A stretch of DNA of 64,000 bases from Pedobacter sp. (GTDB lineage: Bacteria > Desulfobacterota > Desulfuromonadia > Desulfuromonadales > Syntrophotaleaceae): assembly GCA_050253415.1 (NCBI GenBank), contig JBFWJC010000001.1, positions 128,001 to 192,000 of the forward strand, written 5' to 3'. Positions 48,289 through 59,800 of this stretch are shown piece by piece. The translations under genes were made by a program, and so were the position numbers. Each line of letters opens with the position of its first letter. Position 1 is the first letter of the stretch. The notes below the pieces were generated by a model. That model was not told where the DNA came from. It saw only the letters and a list, made by a program, of their open reading frames with translations, and made no database searches.

Positions 48289-50892
48289 ATGCATTTTAAA
48301 AATCGCCGATGGCTAGTAATTCTGTTCCTGAATTTGGCCGTGTTTTTCTTCCTTTTACCCACGCCATCCCAGGCACAGCAGCAACGTATCCTGTTTATCA
48401 GTTCCTACCATCCGGGATTTCCGACCTTTTCTCAGCAAATTGATGGGATGACCGATATTTTCAATCAAGAAAATATCTTTCTCGACATCGAATTCATGGA
48501 TACCAAACGGTTTCCTTCGGAACAAAATCTTCATAATTTTAGGCAATTGCTGTCCTACAAGCTGGATCGTAGCCCAGCCTACGATGCCATCGTCACCGGT
48601 GATGACGCAGCCCTCAAATTCGCCATAGCGGAACAAACCGGCCTGTTTAAAAAACTGCCGATTGTTTTTCTGGGTGTAAACAATATGGAACTGGCACTTG
48701 CCCAGAATGACAACCCCTGGATTACCGGCACCGTGGAAAAGGTGTCCATGCGGGAAACTCTCGAACTGATGCACAAGATGCATCCGCAAGCGACAACCTT
48801 TGTCGCCATTGTCGACGGGACGACCACCGGCCAGATCGACCTGCAAACCTTTTATGGCATACAGAAATTTCTTCCGGAAGTGCACCTATCCCAGCTCTCC
48901 CTGGCCGACATGTCTTATGAGGAACTAGGTCAGCAACTTGCCGCCCTCCGCGAAGACACCGTGGTACTGCTTCTTTCCGCCTACCATGATCGAGAAGGTA
49001 GAAGTCTGGTGTTTAAGGATAATTTGCATTTTATCACCAGCCACCTGTCCCGCCCCCTCTACCATATTTACTATCATGGTATGGGCGCCGGCATTGTCGG
49101 CGGAAAACTTGTCAGCCATTTTCAGCAGGGCCAGACCGCAGCCAGAATGGTCCTCGCCATCCTTGGTGGCACCCCCATTACCAGCCTGCCGGTGAATACC
49201 GATAGTTTTAACCGTTACGTGTTCGATTTCCGTGAATTGCAGCGTTTTGGCCTCGCCCTCTCCGAATTGCCGGCTGACAGCGTCATCCTTAACCGGCCCA
49301 TTTCAGCTTTCCGCAAATACCGTCAGGCCATTCTGGTGGTGGCTGCGCTGCTGGTTTTCGGTATCGCCCTGGCTCTGCTTCTGTTAGGGCATCTGCGCCA
49401 GCGTCAGGAAGCGGAAGAGGCCTTGCGTAAAAGTGAAGAACGCTTTCGCAGCATCGTGCACTTTTCCCCCATGGGTGTCTTGCTGTATCAGCTTTACCCC
49501 AACGACAAGCTTATCCTTATGGGCAGCAATACCGCAGCCAGGGACATTTTGCACCTGGACCTTGATACGTTCATAGGCAAAACCATCGAGGAAGTATTCC
49601 CTAAACTTGTCGGCACCGGCATCCCTGAAAAATTTCGGCAGGTATGTTCCCTGGGGACGGCATGGTCCAGCGATCAGGTTGACTACGCCGCACCGCCCAT
49701 CAAAGGCTCTTTCGAAGTGCATGCCTTCCAGACAGCGCCGGGGAAAATGGCCTGTTTTTTCAGAGATATTTCGGAGCGCACCAAGGCCGAGCAGACCCTG
49801 AAAGAAGCCTTGATCAACGCCCGAAGCGCCAGGGAACATCTTGAAACCATACTTAACTCGGTGTCCGATGGTCTGCTGTTTACCGATCTGGATAGCCGCA
49901 TCATGCTGATGAGCCGTTCCGCTGAGGAATTGCTGGGCAAAACTCTGGGCGACGTGTACGGACGGGATGTTCGCCGGGTGGTGGAAAATGAAGCTCTGCT
50001 CAAGAGTCTCAAGGTTGTCGCTTCCGGTACGCAGGAGGAAAGTATCGTAGAGATTTCCCTGCCGACGCCCCATGAAAACAAATTCCGTATTGTGCAGGCC
50101 AAACTGGCCGCCGTACGCAACGAGGAAGGTCTGAAGCGGGGGATCATCACCCTGCTGCGCGACATAAGCCGAGAGCGAGAGCTTGACCTTATGAAGACCG
50201 AATTCATCTCCACCGCCGCCCACGAATTGCGCACTCCCCTGACCAGCGTTATCGGTTTCTCGGAACTGCTCATCAAGCAAGGCGGTCTCAATGACCAACA
50301 GGACGAATTTCTTACCATCATCCATAAAAAAGCCGAAGCCCTGGGCAAAATTGTCGAAGACCTGCTGGATCTGGCCCGGGTCGATACCGGACAGGTCATT
50401 CGTCTTAAAAAGGACTGGGCCGATGTGCGTTCGATCCTGGCGCGCTGCGTTTCCGATTACAAACGCGTATGCGATAATCACCGCTTTAAGATGGTCCTGC
50501 CCGACGGACCGATAAGCATGCAGGTGGACGACCGCAAGCTTTTCCAGGTCATGGAAAATCTGCTCGGCAACGCCGTTAAATTTAGCCCTGTGGACAGCAC
50601 GATCCAGGTGACCTGCCAAATGGCCGATGACGAGGTCTACATTGCGGTGAGCGATCAAGGTATCGGCATGAATCCCGACCAGATCAGTCGCATGTTCGAT
50701 AAGTTCTACCGTGTCGACGCCTCCAATACGGCAAGGGAAGGACTAGGTCTGGGCATGGCTATCGTCAAGAGCATCGTTGAAGCGCACCAGGGGCGCATCT
50801 GGGTAACCAGCAAACCGGACAAGGGAACCACCGTAACCTTCACCCTGCCACGTACCAGGGAACAGGAAGATCGCGCATCTCAAAACGTCTGA
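48289..50892 (+). CDS. Sensor histidine kinase (periplasmic ABC-SBP-like sensor, TM, 2 PAS, HisKA, HATPase)
   Basis: ISSYH periplasmic domain, AHELRTPL, ENLLGNAVKF, DQGIG and GLGLG. Confidence 0.93.
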   Translation: MHFKNRRWLVILFLNLAVFFFLLPTPSQAQQQRILFISSYHPGFPTFSQQIDGMTDIFNQENIFLDIEFMDTKRFPSEQNLHNFRQLLSYKLDRSPAYDAIVTGDDAALKFAIAEQTGLFKKLPIVFLGVNNMELALAQNDNPWITGTVEKVSMRETLELMHKMHPQATTFVAIVDGTTTGQIDLQTFYGIQKFLPEVHLSQLSLADMSYEELGQQLAALREDTVVLLLSAYHDREGRSLVFKDNLHFITSHLSRPLYHIYYHGMGAGIVGGKLVSHFQQGQTAARMVLAILGGTPITSLPVNTDSFNRYVFDFRELQRFGLALSELPADSVILNRPISAFRKYRQAILVVAALLVFGIALALLLLGHLRQRQEAEEALRKSEERFRSIVHFSPMGVLLYQLYPNDKLILMGSNTAARDILHLDLDTFIGKTIEEVFPKLVGTGIPEKFRQVCSLGTAWSSDQVDYAAPPIKGSFEVHAFQTAPGKMACFFRDISERTKAEQTLKEALINARSAREHLETILNSVSDGLLFTDLDSRIMLMSRSAEELLGKTLGDVYGRDVRRVVENEALLKSLKVVASGTQEESIVEISLPTPHENKFRIVQAKLAAVRNEEGLKRGIITLLRDISRERELDLMKTEFISTAAHELRTPLTSVIGFSELLIKQGGLNDQQDEFLTIIHKKAEALGKIVEDLLDLARVDTGQVIRLKKDWADVRSILARCVSDYKRVCDNHRFKMVLPDGPISMQVDDRKLFQVMENLLGNAVKFSPVDSTIQVTCQMADDEVYIAVSDQGIGMNPDQISRMFDKFYRVDASNTAREGLGLGMAIVKSIVEAHQGRIWVTSKPDKGTTVTFTLPRTREQEDRASQNV

Positions 50893-50908
50893 CCGTTGGC
50901 TTTCGGAC

Positions 50909-50936
50909 AAAAAAGGGCGGCACTTTCGTGCCGCCC
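50909..50936 (-). terminator. Intrinsic terminator of the tupA-like gene
   Basis: aaaaaa-gggcggcac-tttc-gtgccgccc. Confidence 0.75.
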
Positions 50937-50962
50937 CCGAATGAATCTGCCCGCTTTACCTT

Positions 50963-51820
50963 TTAATGGTCAAACTGCGCCGCATAGGCCGCATCGTTGT
51001 AAAGCCCTTCACCGTATTCCGCCTTGCCGTAGTCGCGGATAATCGCCTGTCCCTTTTCCGAAGCGACAAAGTCGATAAATTTACCTGCGATTGCGGCCCC
51101 CCCGGTGACACCTTGCGGCTGACAAAGGGCATGGTAGGTATTAATGATAAATTTGTCTCCCTGGAAAAGGATCTTGAGCTTGGGCGTGTTGCCTTTTTCC
51201 GCAATCCAGGTGCTGCTGTCGGTCATGAAGTAACCACCTTCATCGTTGGCGCGCTTGAGGGTGGCCGTCATGAAATCCTTGGTAACGATATACCAGTCAC
51301 CCGCCGGTTTCACCCCGGCTTTTTCCCAGACCGCCAGTTCCTTTTTGTGGGTCCCGGAATTATCCCCGCGGGAAAAAAATTTGGCTTTGGCCGCCGCGAT
51401 GCGGGCATAAGCATCGGCTACGCTTTTAGCCTGGGCGATACCCGCCGGGTCTGCGGCCGGACCGACTATATAAAATTCATTGGAACCGATCAGCGTGCGC
51501 TTGATGGCCCATCCCTCAGCCACGGCTTTTTCCTCGGCTGCCGGGGCATGCACCATGATCATATCAACTTTTTGGTCTTTCAATAACTGCAGGGATTTGC
51601 CCGATCCGGCCTTTTGCCATTTAAGCTGGGCATCTTCCTGCGTGGCGAAGGTCTCACCCAGTACCTTAAGCAACCCCAACTCACCCGGACTGCCGGTAGC
51701 CAGGGCAAACGCGTTGCTGCCATTGCCATAAACCGCAGCATACTGGTCCTGGGCCATGGCGGTGGAGACCAACCCCACCAGGACGAGCCACATGATCGAA
51801 AAAATAATTTTTCTGCGCAT
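50963..51820 (-). CDS. TupA-like tungstate/oxyanion ABC substrate-binding protein (no permease/ATPase nearby)
   Basis: Signal peptide, VHAP..E, GP..DPA and SRGDNSGTH.KE. ATGSPGELGLL replaces TTTS..SGLL. Confidence 0.75.
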   Translation of the reverse strand: MRRKIIFSIMWLVLVGLVSTAMAQDQYAAVYGNGSNAFALATGSPGELGLLKVLGETFATQEDAQLKWQKAGSGKSLQLLKDQKVDMIMVHAPAAEEKAVAEGWAIKRTLIGSNEFYIVGPAADPAGIAQAKSVADAYARIAAAKAKFFSRGDNSGTHKKELAVWEKAGVKPAGDWYIVTKDFMTATLKRANDEGGYFMTDSSTWIAEKGNTPKLKILFQGDKFIINTYHALCQPQGVTGGAAIAGKFIDFVASEKGQAIIRDYGKAEYGEGLYNDAAYAAQFDH

Positions 51821-52058
51821 AAAATACTACCTCCCCTGAATGATTGCGATTTTTCCTTACCAACAGCCTCTCATCCATTGCGTTATATACTTAAGACAAC
51901 AGCGAAGTCAATTCTGTTGCAGGCTACTGGCAAACATAATTAAAACCGCCTTTTTTTTATCCATTACAACCTCTGCACCGCTCATAAATTAAGCACCAGT
52001 TCATCAACCATTCGCCTTCTTTTACCTGATTTCAAATACTTACACTACACGTTCAGCG

Positions 52059-52073
52059 TGGCATAATAGCTGC
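52059..52073 (+). promoter_or_regulatory. Sigma-54 (-24/-12) promoter upstream of MCP gene
   Basis: TGGCATAATAGCTGC (GG-N10-GC). Confidence 0.6.
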
Positions 52074-52365
52074 TACATGAAAATGAATTGGGCAACCCCG
52101 ACTTGCCACCCCATAACCTTTTACAACCCCAGGGCGGCGCGCCGCCACCGGGATCATACAAAGCTTTCTGTCCCTGCGAGAGGACGGCTGTGATCCGGGC
52201 CAGGGCCCTCTTTGTGCCAACTCAACCGGCACCCCTGGCCCATCTTTTAACATCCGGCCGCCATCTGCGGAGAATCAATCTTGCGTCCGCAAGTGCCTTG
52301 CTTTCGGACAACGCTTATCGGGACCGACGCCGCTCCCGACATCCAGACAAGGAGTATGGCGCACC

Positions 52366-53919
52366 ATGTACCGTATGAACGCCCTGGCTCGTATCGTTAC
52401 CCTGACGCTGTTGTCCTTTTTGAGCGGCGCCTTGTTGCCCATGCTTCCCATGCCCACTCCTGTAGCATTGCTACTTGGGTGTGTAATCCTTGCCTTGCTC
52501 ATCCTGTTATTTTATTGGCAACCCCATCAGAACACTTTGGCTGCTTTGAGCACATGGGTCACTCGCCTGGGTGCCGGCGATTTGACCGCTGAACCACCCT
52601 GGCAAGACGGCTTGCATGCCATCGCTGACGACCTGACGGGCATGGGGATCCATCTGGATAAAAACATCGCCGGGTTCATCCTGGCTGCAAACCAGGTATG
52701 CCTGGCAGGCGCAGCGCTGGGATCCTGCGCCGAGCAAGCAGCAACCAATGCTTCAAGTCAAGCGGATCAGACGGATCAGATCAGCAGCGCAGCAGAACAG
52801 GTCTCGGTGGCCATTCGGCAGATTGCATCTACCGCCGAATCGGTTTCGGCCGGGACAGGCGCTGCTATGGAACGGGCACGCATCGAACAACAACAGGCGA
52901 TTGAAGCACAGCAGGCAGCCCAAAGCGTATTGCTGCAGACCGAAAATCTGGGCACAGCCATTCGGGGACTGGGGGAGCGTTTAAGCGAGATCTCCGGGGT
53001 TGTGACGATGATTCGGGGGGTTGCCAACCAGACCAACCTGCTGGCATTGAACGCCAGCATTGAGGCGGCACGAGCCGGTGTTCATGGGCGGGGGTTTGCA
53101 GTAGTGGCCGACGAGGTAAAAAGTCTTGCCGCCCATACCTTGGCTGCCACGGATGACATTGCGAGCCGCATTCAGCACTTCCAGCAGGAAACAGCAACCA
53201 CGGTGAACGCCACGGCTGAGACCCTGGCGCAGGTTCAGACCAGCGCCGAGGGCTTGACGCGCATCGGGCAAGCCATGAGCGGCATGGTGGACAGTTTTTC
53301 CACTGCCCACGCCCAGGTGGATCAAATCACCCAGGCTGTGCGGGAACAGCAGCACGCCATCCAGGGCTTGACCTCCAGTATCGAACAGGTAGCGGAGCTG
53401 GCGGGGGAAATGAACGCCACGGCGCGGGGCGTCCATGAGGAAGCGCGAAGCCTGACCAGCATCAGTGATGAACTGCTGCCATTGTTGGGCGGATTCCGGC
53501 TGAGTGCCCATGAAAAGGCGCGCAAGACCGTAACGGAAGCCAGCTGCGACCCGGACCTGAAGTCGATGCAACGCGACCTCGTGGAAAACATCTTGCGACA
53601 ACAGGCACATCGCTGCGGTTATCTGGAGCTGCTCTATGTGACCGATAACCGGGGCCGACAGGTGACCAGCAACATCTTTGCCGGCCATGCGGTGCAGGCC
53701 TCCTACGGCAGCGACGGCTGCGATATGGACTGGTCACAGCGCCCCTGGTTTCGGGAGACCATAAGCAAGGGCAGCTGCACGGTCACCCCGTTTTACCGGT
53801 CTGCAGCCACCCACCGTTTCTGCTTTACGGTGGCGGCGCCGATCCATGACAGTCATGGGCGTATTGGGGGGGTGTTGGGTGCGGACATCGATGTCGCAGC
53901 GTTGCTCAACGACCGTTAG
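52366..53919 (+). CDS. Methyl-accepting chemotaxis protein with C-terminal Cache/PDC-like domain
   Basis: Two N-terminal TMs, [28 protein letters not shown], and C-terminal [35 protein letters not shown]. Confidence 0.88.
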   Translation: MYRMNALARIVTLTLLSFLSGALLPMLPMPTPVALLLGCVILALLILLFYWQPHQNTLAALSTWVTRLGAGDLTAEPPWQDGLHAIADDLTGMGIHLDKNIAGFILAANQVCLAGAALGSCAEQAATNASSQADQTDQISSAAEQVSVAIRQIASTAESVSAGTGAAMERARIEQQQAIEAQQAAQSVLLQTENLGTAIRGLGERLSEISGVVTMIRGVANQTNLLALNASIEAARAGVHGRGFAVVADEVKSLAAHTLAATDDIASRIQHFQQETATTVNATAETLAQVQTSAEGLTRIGQAMSGMVDSFSTAHAQVDQITQAVREQQHAIQGLTSSIEQVAELAGEMNATARGVHEEARSLTSISDELLPLLGGFRLSAHEKARKTVTEASCDPDLKSMQRDLVENILRQQAHRCGYLELLYVTDNRGRQVTSNIFAGHAVQASYGSDGCDMDWSQRPWFRETISKGSCTVTPFYRSAATHRFCFTVAAPIHDSHGRIGGVLGADIDVAALLNDR

Positions 53920-54337
53920 GACTTCCCGATTTCACCCGGCATTTCAAACCGGTGCTGCTGTCGGCATATCCCTCGCTCTGCTCATAAGAAATTTCGATGG
54001 TCTGCCCGGGGCGCACGGCAAACGCCCCGCGATAGCCGCAGTTTTCGGAACTCAACAACCACTGTTGGCCATCGGCGTGCATAACACGCACATCAGCCCA
54101 GACGGTCCCCCTCCCGGAAACATCGATATCGACAACCTGCCCCGGTCGCAAATCGTGTCGGGCATAAAATCCTGACGATTCAAGTCCGGCAGTCGGCTGT
54201 TCATACAAAAAAACACTTACCGGCCCGTCACTCCAGAAATTATCCAGCCAGACACCAGATTCATCGGCTTGTACCGGGGTAACGAACAGGGCCCACAAAA
54301 TTGTGACCAGGGCTACACGGCGTAAGGTTGCTTTCAT
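53906..54337 (-). CDS. Hypothetical exported protein
   Basis: AGGAGG RBS, signal peptide (VQA-DE) and two Cys. Confidence 0.6.
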   Translation of the reverse strand: MKATLRRVALVTILWALFVTPVQADESGVWLDNFWSDGPVSVFLYEQPTAGLESSGFYARHDLRPGQVVDIDVSGRGTVWADVRVMHADGQQWLLSSENCGYRGAFAVRPGQTIEISYEQSEGYADSSTGLKCRVKSGSPNGR

Positions 54338-54538
54338 TCCCGACCTCCTGCACAATAGAAATTAATGGTGACATATTGCCTTTTTACCTACGACCTGGCA
54401 ACCCTGATTGCGACCAGGCAAATACTCAGAGCTTTTTGACAACCGGGCTCAGGCTTTTAAACTTCAATAAACACACCATGGCCGACCGCGCTGAACACCA
54501 CAATGGCCAGGCGCCAAGGCCCGCATACGGAGGACTTC

Positions 54539-55384
54539 ATGTGGGATTATACCGATAAAGTCAAAGACCACTTTCTCAATCCGCGCAACGTCGGTGAAGT
54601 CGAAGACCCGGATGGCATCGGCGAAGTCGGCTCCCTTGCCTGCGGCGACGCTCTGCGGCTGACCTTCAAGCTTGACGAACAGGGCCGCATCAAGGACGCC
54701 AAGTTCAAGACCTTCGGTTGCGCCAGCGCCATTGCGTCATCCTCCGCCCTGACCGAAATCATCAAGGGCATGACCCTGGAGGAAGCGGAAAAGGTCAACA
54801 ACCAGGACCTCGCCGAGTTCCTCGGCGGCCTGCCGGAAGAGAAAATGCACTGCTCCGTCATGGGCAAGGAAGCTCTGGAAGCAGCCATTGCCAACTATCG
54901 TGGCGAAGCGGTGGTCAAGGAAGAGTACGAAATCGTCTGCAAATGTTTCGGTGTCACCGACAAGGAAATCGAGCGGGTGGCCAAGGAAAACCGCCTGACC
55001 ACGGTGGCCCAGGTCACCGATTTCACCAAGGCCGGCGGCGGCTGCCAGGCCTGCCATCCCAAAATCGAGGATATTCTGAAGCAACTGTGGGGCAGTAAAC
55101 CGGCCGAGCCCGCGGAAGAACGCCTGCCGAAAGGTAAAAAACTTTCCAACCTGCAGAAAATCCGCCTCATTGAGGAAACCCTGGAGCGGGAGATCCTGCC
55201 GCCGATCCGCTCCGACGGCGGCGACCTGGAGTTGATCGACATCGACGGCAGTAAAGTGATGGTGGCGCTGCGCGGTACCTGCTCCTTCTGTCCGCAGTCC
55301 AGCTTCACCCTTAAGCATTTCGTGGAAGCCAAGCTGCGCGAATTCGTCAGCCCCGAAATCGAGGTGGAGGAGGTGAAATCATGA
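54539..55384 (+). CDS. nifU: Fe-S cluster scaffold NifU (IscU + BFD-like + Nfu domains)
   Basis: HFLNPRNVG, CGD, FGC, KMHC, VCKCF..GGGCQAC and DGGD..GTCSFC. Confidence 0.95.
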   Translation: MWDYTDKVKDHFLNPRNVGEVEDPDGIGEVGSLACGDALRLTFKLDEQGRIKDAKFKTFGCASAIASSSALTEIIKGMTLEEAEKVNNQDLAEFLGGLPEEKMHCSVMGKEALEAAIANYRGEAVVKEEYEIVCKCFGVTDKEIERVAKENRLTTVAQVTDFTKAGGGCQACHPKIEDILKQLWGSKPAEPAEERLPKGKKLSNLQKIRLIEETLEREILPPIRSDGGDLELIDIDGSKVMVALRGTCSFCPQSSFTLKHFVEAKLREFVSPEIEVEEVKS

Positions 55385-56604
55385 GGACCGTCTATCTCGA
55401 CAACAACGCCACCACCCGCACCGCACCGGAAGTGGTCGAGGCGATGCTGCCTTTTTTCAGCGATTTGTACGGAAACCCGTCAAGCATGCACTTTTTCGGC
55501 GGCCAGGTCGGACGTCACGTAAAGCAGGCGCGGGAACAGGTGGCCGCCCTGATCGGGGCCCATCCGGAAGAAATCGTTTTCACCAGCTGCGGCACCGAAA
55601 GCGACAACGCCGCCATCATGGGCACGCTTTACTCTTACCCGGAGAAAAAGCACATTGTCATCTCGCGGGTCGAACACCCGGCGGTACTCAACGTCGCCCA
55701 CCAACTGCAGGCCCGCGGCTATCGCATTACCGAACTGGGGGTGAACCGCGAAGGCCAGCTTGACCTGGATGAACTGCGCACGGTGCTGACCGACGAAACG
55801 GCGCTGGTCAGCATCATGACCGCCAACAACGAAACCGGCGTCCTGTACCCTATCGACGAAATTGCCGCCATCGTGCGCGAACACGGCATCCCTTTCCACA
55901 CCGACGCCGTGCAATCGATCGGCAAGATTCCCATGGACCTGCGGAAAAGCCCCATCGACATGCTGTCGCTGTCCGGGCACAAGCTGCATGCGCCCAAAGG
56001 CGTCGGCGCTCTGTATATCCGCAAGGGCACGCGTTTTGCCCCCTTCGTGGTGGGTGGACACCAGGAAGCCGGCCGACGCGGCGGCACCGAGAACGTCCCC
56101 TACATCATCGGCCTGGGACGCGCGGCGCAGTTCGCCATGGACCACCTGCAGGAGGAAAACACCCGCGTTAAAGCCTTGCGCGACCGGCTGGAAGCGGAAC
56201 TGCTCAAAAGCATCCCCAACACCATGATCAATGGCGACGTCAAAAACCGGCTGCCCAATACCAGCAACCTGAGCTTTGAATATATCGAGGGGGAATCGAT
56301 CCTGATGCTGCTGAGCGACGAAGGCATCTGCGCCTCGTCCGGATCGGCCTGCACCAGCGGCTCGCTGCAACCCTCCCACGTACTGCGCGCCATGGGGGTA
56401 CCCTTTACCGCCGCCCACGGCTCCATCCGTTTCAGCCTGAGTATTTACAACAGCGATGCGGACATCGACCACGTCATCGCCACCCTGCCGCCGATCATCC
56501 AGAGATTGCGGGATATTTCGCCCTTCTGGAAGGATTACGTGGAAGGCAAGCCTTTGAACTCGTTTCTGACCGGCGGCGACGTCGAGCATCACGTTCACGG
56601 ATAA
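55381..56604 (+). CDS. nifS: Cysteine desulfurase NifS
   Basis: YLDNNATT, HTDAVQ, SGHK and SSGSACTS. ATGA overlap with nifU. Confidence 0.95.
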   Translation: MRTVYLDNNATTRTAPEVVEAMLPFFSDLYGNPSSMHFFGGQVGRHVKQAREQVAALIGAHPEEIVFTSCGTESDNAAIMGTLYSYPEKKHIVISRVEHPAVLNVAHQLQARGYRITELGVNREGQLDLDELRTVLTDETALVSIMTANNETGVLYPIDEIAAIVREHGIPFHTDAVQSIGKIPMDLRKSPIDMLSLSGHKLHAPKGVGALYIRKGTRFAPFVVGGHQEAGRRGGTENVPYIIGLGRAAQFAMDHLQEENTRVKALRDRLEAELLKSIPNTMINGDVKNRLPNTSNLSFEYIEGESILMLLSDEGICASSGSACTSGSLQPSHVLRAMGVPFTAAHGSIRFSLSIYNSDADIDHVIATLPPIIQRLRDISPFWKDYVEGKPLNSFLTGGDVEHHVHG

Positions 56605-56628
56605 AAGGTCCACCCTATTTCACCCATC

Positions 56629-56658
56629 AGGCCCGCGGCTCCAGTCGCGGGCCTTTTT
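56629..56658 (+). terminator. Intrinsic terminator after nifS
   Basis: ggcccgcg-gctccagt-cgcgggcc followed by a T tract. Confidence 0.8.
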
Positions 56659-56804
56659 CTATGCCGATCCCCGTTCCTGACGCCTCCCTTCCAAAAAATT
56701 TTTCTAATTGGATTTTTCATGTCAACAGCGTGTATGTTTACTTCCTTCAATGAAGTGTTCGTTTTTATCAAACAAGATAAGCGGCCTCATCCGCGGAGGG
56801 ATTC

Positions 56805-59800
56805 ATGCGCATCGCCCCCCTTTTCTGCCTGTTCATCGCCTGCCTGTTTTGCACTACCGCTCAGAGCGCGGATCTTCCTTCCTCCTTCGATCTGCGCGAT
56901 ATCGACGGGCACAGCTACATCGGTCCGGTGCGCAATCAGAAACAGTGTGGCAGCTGTTGGTCATTTGGCACCTTGGCTGCTGCTGAAAGCACCTGGAACC
57001 GGCTGCACGACCTGTACGATGAACAGGCCATCGATTTCTCCGAAGCCTTTTTAACCTGGAGTATCAGTCCCCTCTATGACGGCCTGCTCGGTTGCGATGG
57101 CGGAAGTTTAGCTCTCCAGCAAAACACCGCCTTGATCGAGTATGGCGTACCACTGGAGTCGGATTTCCCATATACCATGACGGACCCCGGCAGCGACCTG
57201 CACTGGGACGCGACCCGTTATAGTTTTCTAGACTGGTACCGCATCCCTCCCGGCGACATCGAAACAACCCGCCGCATTCTCTATCATATCGGAGCGGTTA
57301 CCGCCGGGGTGTTGGTTGAAGATGACTTCTATGCCTATACGGACGGGATTCTCACCAACGAAACGACTACCATTACCTCGGAAATCCCCTACAATTCCAA
57401 TGTGAACCATCTTATTGCCCTTGTGGGCTATAACGATGAGTCCGGGGACGGCGGTCTCGGCTATTGGATTTTACGAAACAGTTGGAGCGAAAACTGGGGT
57501 TTAGATGGCTACGTGAACATCCGCTATACAACCGCAGGGGTATCATTGCACAGCTCCTACATGACGTTGGAGCCCTGGAGCGGTACAAGTATCGTCCTGA
57601 AAAACGATAATGACCTGATAGCCAGCCCCTGGAGCACCGGCGGAACCCTGAATGCCCACGGCGTCGATCTGTGGGGTGGTGCCGCCAGCAGCGTCTTGAA
57701 TAGTGGCTCCATTCTGGCCGAAGCATTCAGTGGCGAGAAACTGGCCACTGCACGGGGCGTCTACCTGTGGGGTGGCCCCCATGGCCGGATCAGCAACAGC
57801 GGAGAAATCGTCGGCCTTGCATCCAGCGAAAACCAGCAGGCCATCGCCTACGCCATCTGCCTGCAGGGCGGGTTGGTGAACAATCGCGGAGTGCTGACGG
57901 CGGAAGCAACAAGCCATGCCGATCAGTCCCTGGCATTCGGCATCTGGGCAGCCAACGGCGGCAGTACCGTGGAAATCATCAACAGCGGCGCCATAGAAGC
58001 CTCGGGCACAGGCGGTGCGATGAACGCTGCCTACGGCATCTGGGCCGACAGCCGGGATCTGGTCATGGTTACCAACAGCGGCAGCATAGAAGCCTACGCC
58101 GATGATTACGCGATCGGCGTGCTGCTGACCGGCGGTCCGGCTCTGCTGGAAAACAGCGGAACCATTCGCGGTGCCTATGCTTCGGTCTACTCCCAGGAAA
58201 ACACCCTGTTGGTACTGGATACCGGCTCAAACCTTTTCGGAACCGTCTATCTCCAGGGGGATGCCGACACGCTGATGCTGAATGGCAAAGGCAATGAAGA
58301 TGACCTTTTGTCCGGAGTGGAAACTCTGACCATGGCCGGCGATGAATGGTCCCTGAGCGGCGACTCGGCGTTCGAGACCATTCAGGTTGCCTTAGGACGG
58401 CTGGGGGTGGACGGATCGTTGTCGGGGGAGACATCGGTTCTGAAATACGGCACCCTTGGCGGCAACGGTTCGCTAACCGGTATAGTCACCAACGGCGGGA
58501 CCGTCGCGCCGGGACACTCCGTCGGCCACCTTACCATCGACGGTGATTTCAGCCAGACCAGCGACGGCACGCTGGAGATCGAAATCGGCGACGGCAACGC
58601 CGACCTGCTCACCATCACCGGCACCGCCGAGTTGGCTGGTACGCTGTTGGTGCTGCCCGACGGCTACGCCACCGATGGCAGCTACACCTTTCTGGAAGCC
58701 GGCACCATCACGGGCGCCTTCGACAGCCTGTCCAGCGCCGCAGTGCTCGCCGTCTCCCTGGACAGCGCTGCGGGGAGCCTGACCCTGGACGTGACGCGCA
58801 ACAGCTATGCAAGCCTGGCCACGGCGCACAACCGAGGATTGGCCAACAATCTGGACAGTCTGCGGCCCACCGCCGAAGACGATCTGGGCGATTTGCTCGA
58901 CAGCCTCGACCTGTCCCTGAGCCAACAGGCGCTCAACGACGCCATGGCCAGCCTGACCCCGCGCATCCACGGTTTGGCCAGCACGGTTGTGCTTGGCGAC
59001 TCGCAGGCACGTCTGGCCGATTTGCGGCACCATATGGATCGCCTCGACCCGGCTGAGCGACTGGAGCAGAACCCGACAGGCAAGACCTCGGTGTGGTTCG
59101 ACCTGCTCGGCCAGTACAACCGTTATGGAAGTGACGGTGCCTATTTCGGCGCACGGGAAAACCTCTATGGTCTTTTGCTCGGTGTGGAGCGCACCGCCAG
59201 CAGCGGCTTGACCCTGGGGGTGGCAGCGGCCCTAACCGAAAGCCGATACCAGGCCCATAACGCCGCGGACGACGGCGAAAGCGAAAGCCAGCAGGGTTAC
59301 CTATATGCTGCATGGTTAGATCCGCGCCGCGCCGACGGAGTGCATCTGAGCACGGCGCTGGGCGGCGGCCGCACAGAAATAAGCGCCGACCGCAGCATCG
59401 CCTTCGCCGGCCGCCGTGCTCACAGCGAGCATGACGGCACCCTGTACAGCGCCACCATCAGCGGCGGCTACGCCATGAACCTGCGCGGCTGGACCCTCGA
59501 TCCGACCGCGGGCTTGAGCTTCGTGCATCTGCGCGAAGAAAGATTCCGCGAAACCGGTGCTGACAGCGCCAACCTAACCATAGCAACGCGCGATAACGAT
59601 TCCCTGCAAAGCCAGCTGGGATTGCGGCTGAGCCGGCCCGTCCAGCTGGCCTCCTTCACCCTCAACCCGGAGCTGCGGATCGCGTGGCACCATGAGTTCA
59701 ACCGCAAGACCGAACGTCTCACCGCCACACTGGCCGGGGACTCAAACGCATTTGCCACACCCGGCCGCGATCTGCCTGGTGACAGCCTGCTGCTGGGCGC

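Noticed and set aside
49384..50658. Long antisense ORFs (also 21077-22051, 24599-25621, 31371-32384, 38927-39970, 55480-56613)
   Set aside because: These are shadow frames opposite well-supported genes, expected from GC-rich codon bias, and have no motifs.
52085..52365. c-di-GMP-I/GEMM riboswitch upstream of the MCP gene
   Set aside because: Only an AAAGC fragment resembles it. The GG(C/T)AAAC...GNRA P2 and GGAC/GCAAA core could not be found.
54539..56604. nifUS as evidence of nitrogen fixation
   Set aside because: No nifHDK is in the window, and NIF-type Fe-S assembly is the housekeeping system in many anaerobes.
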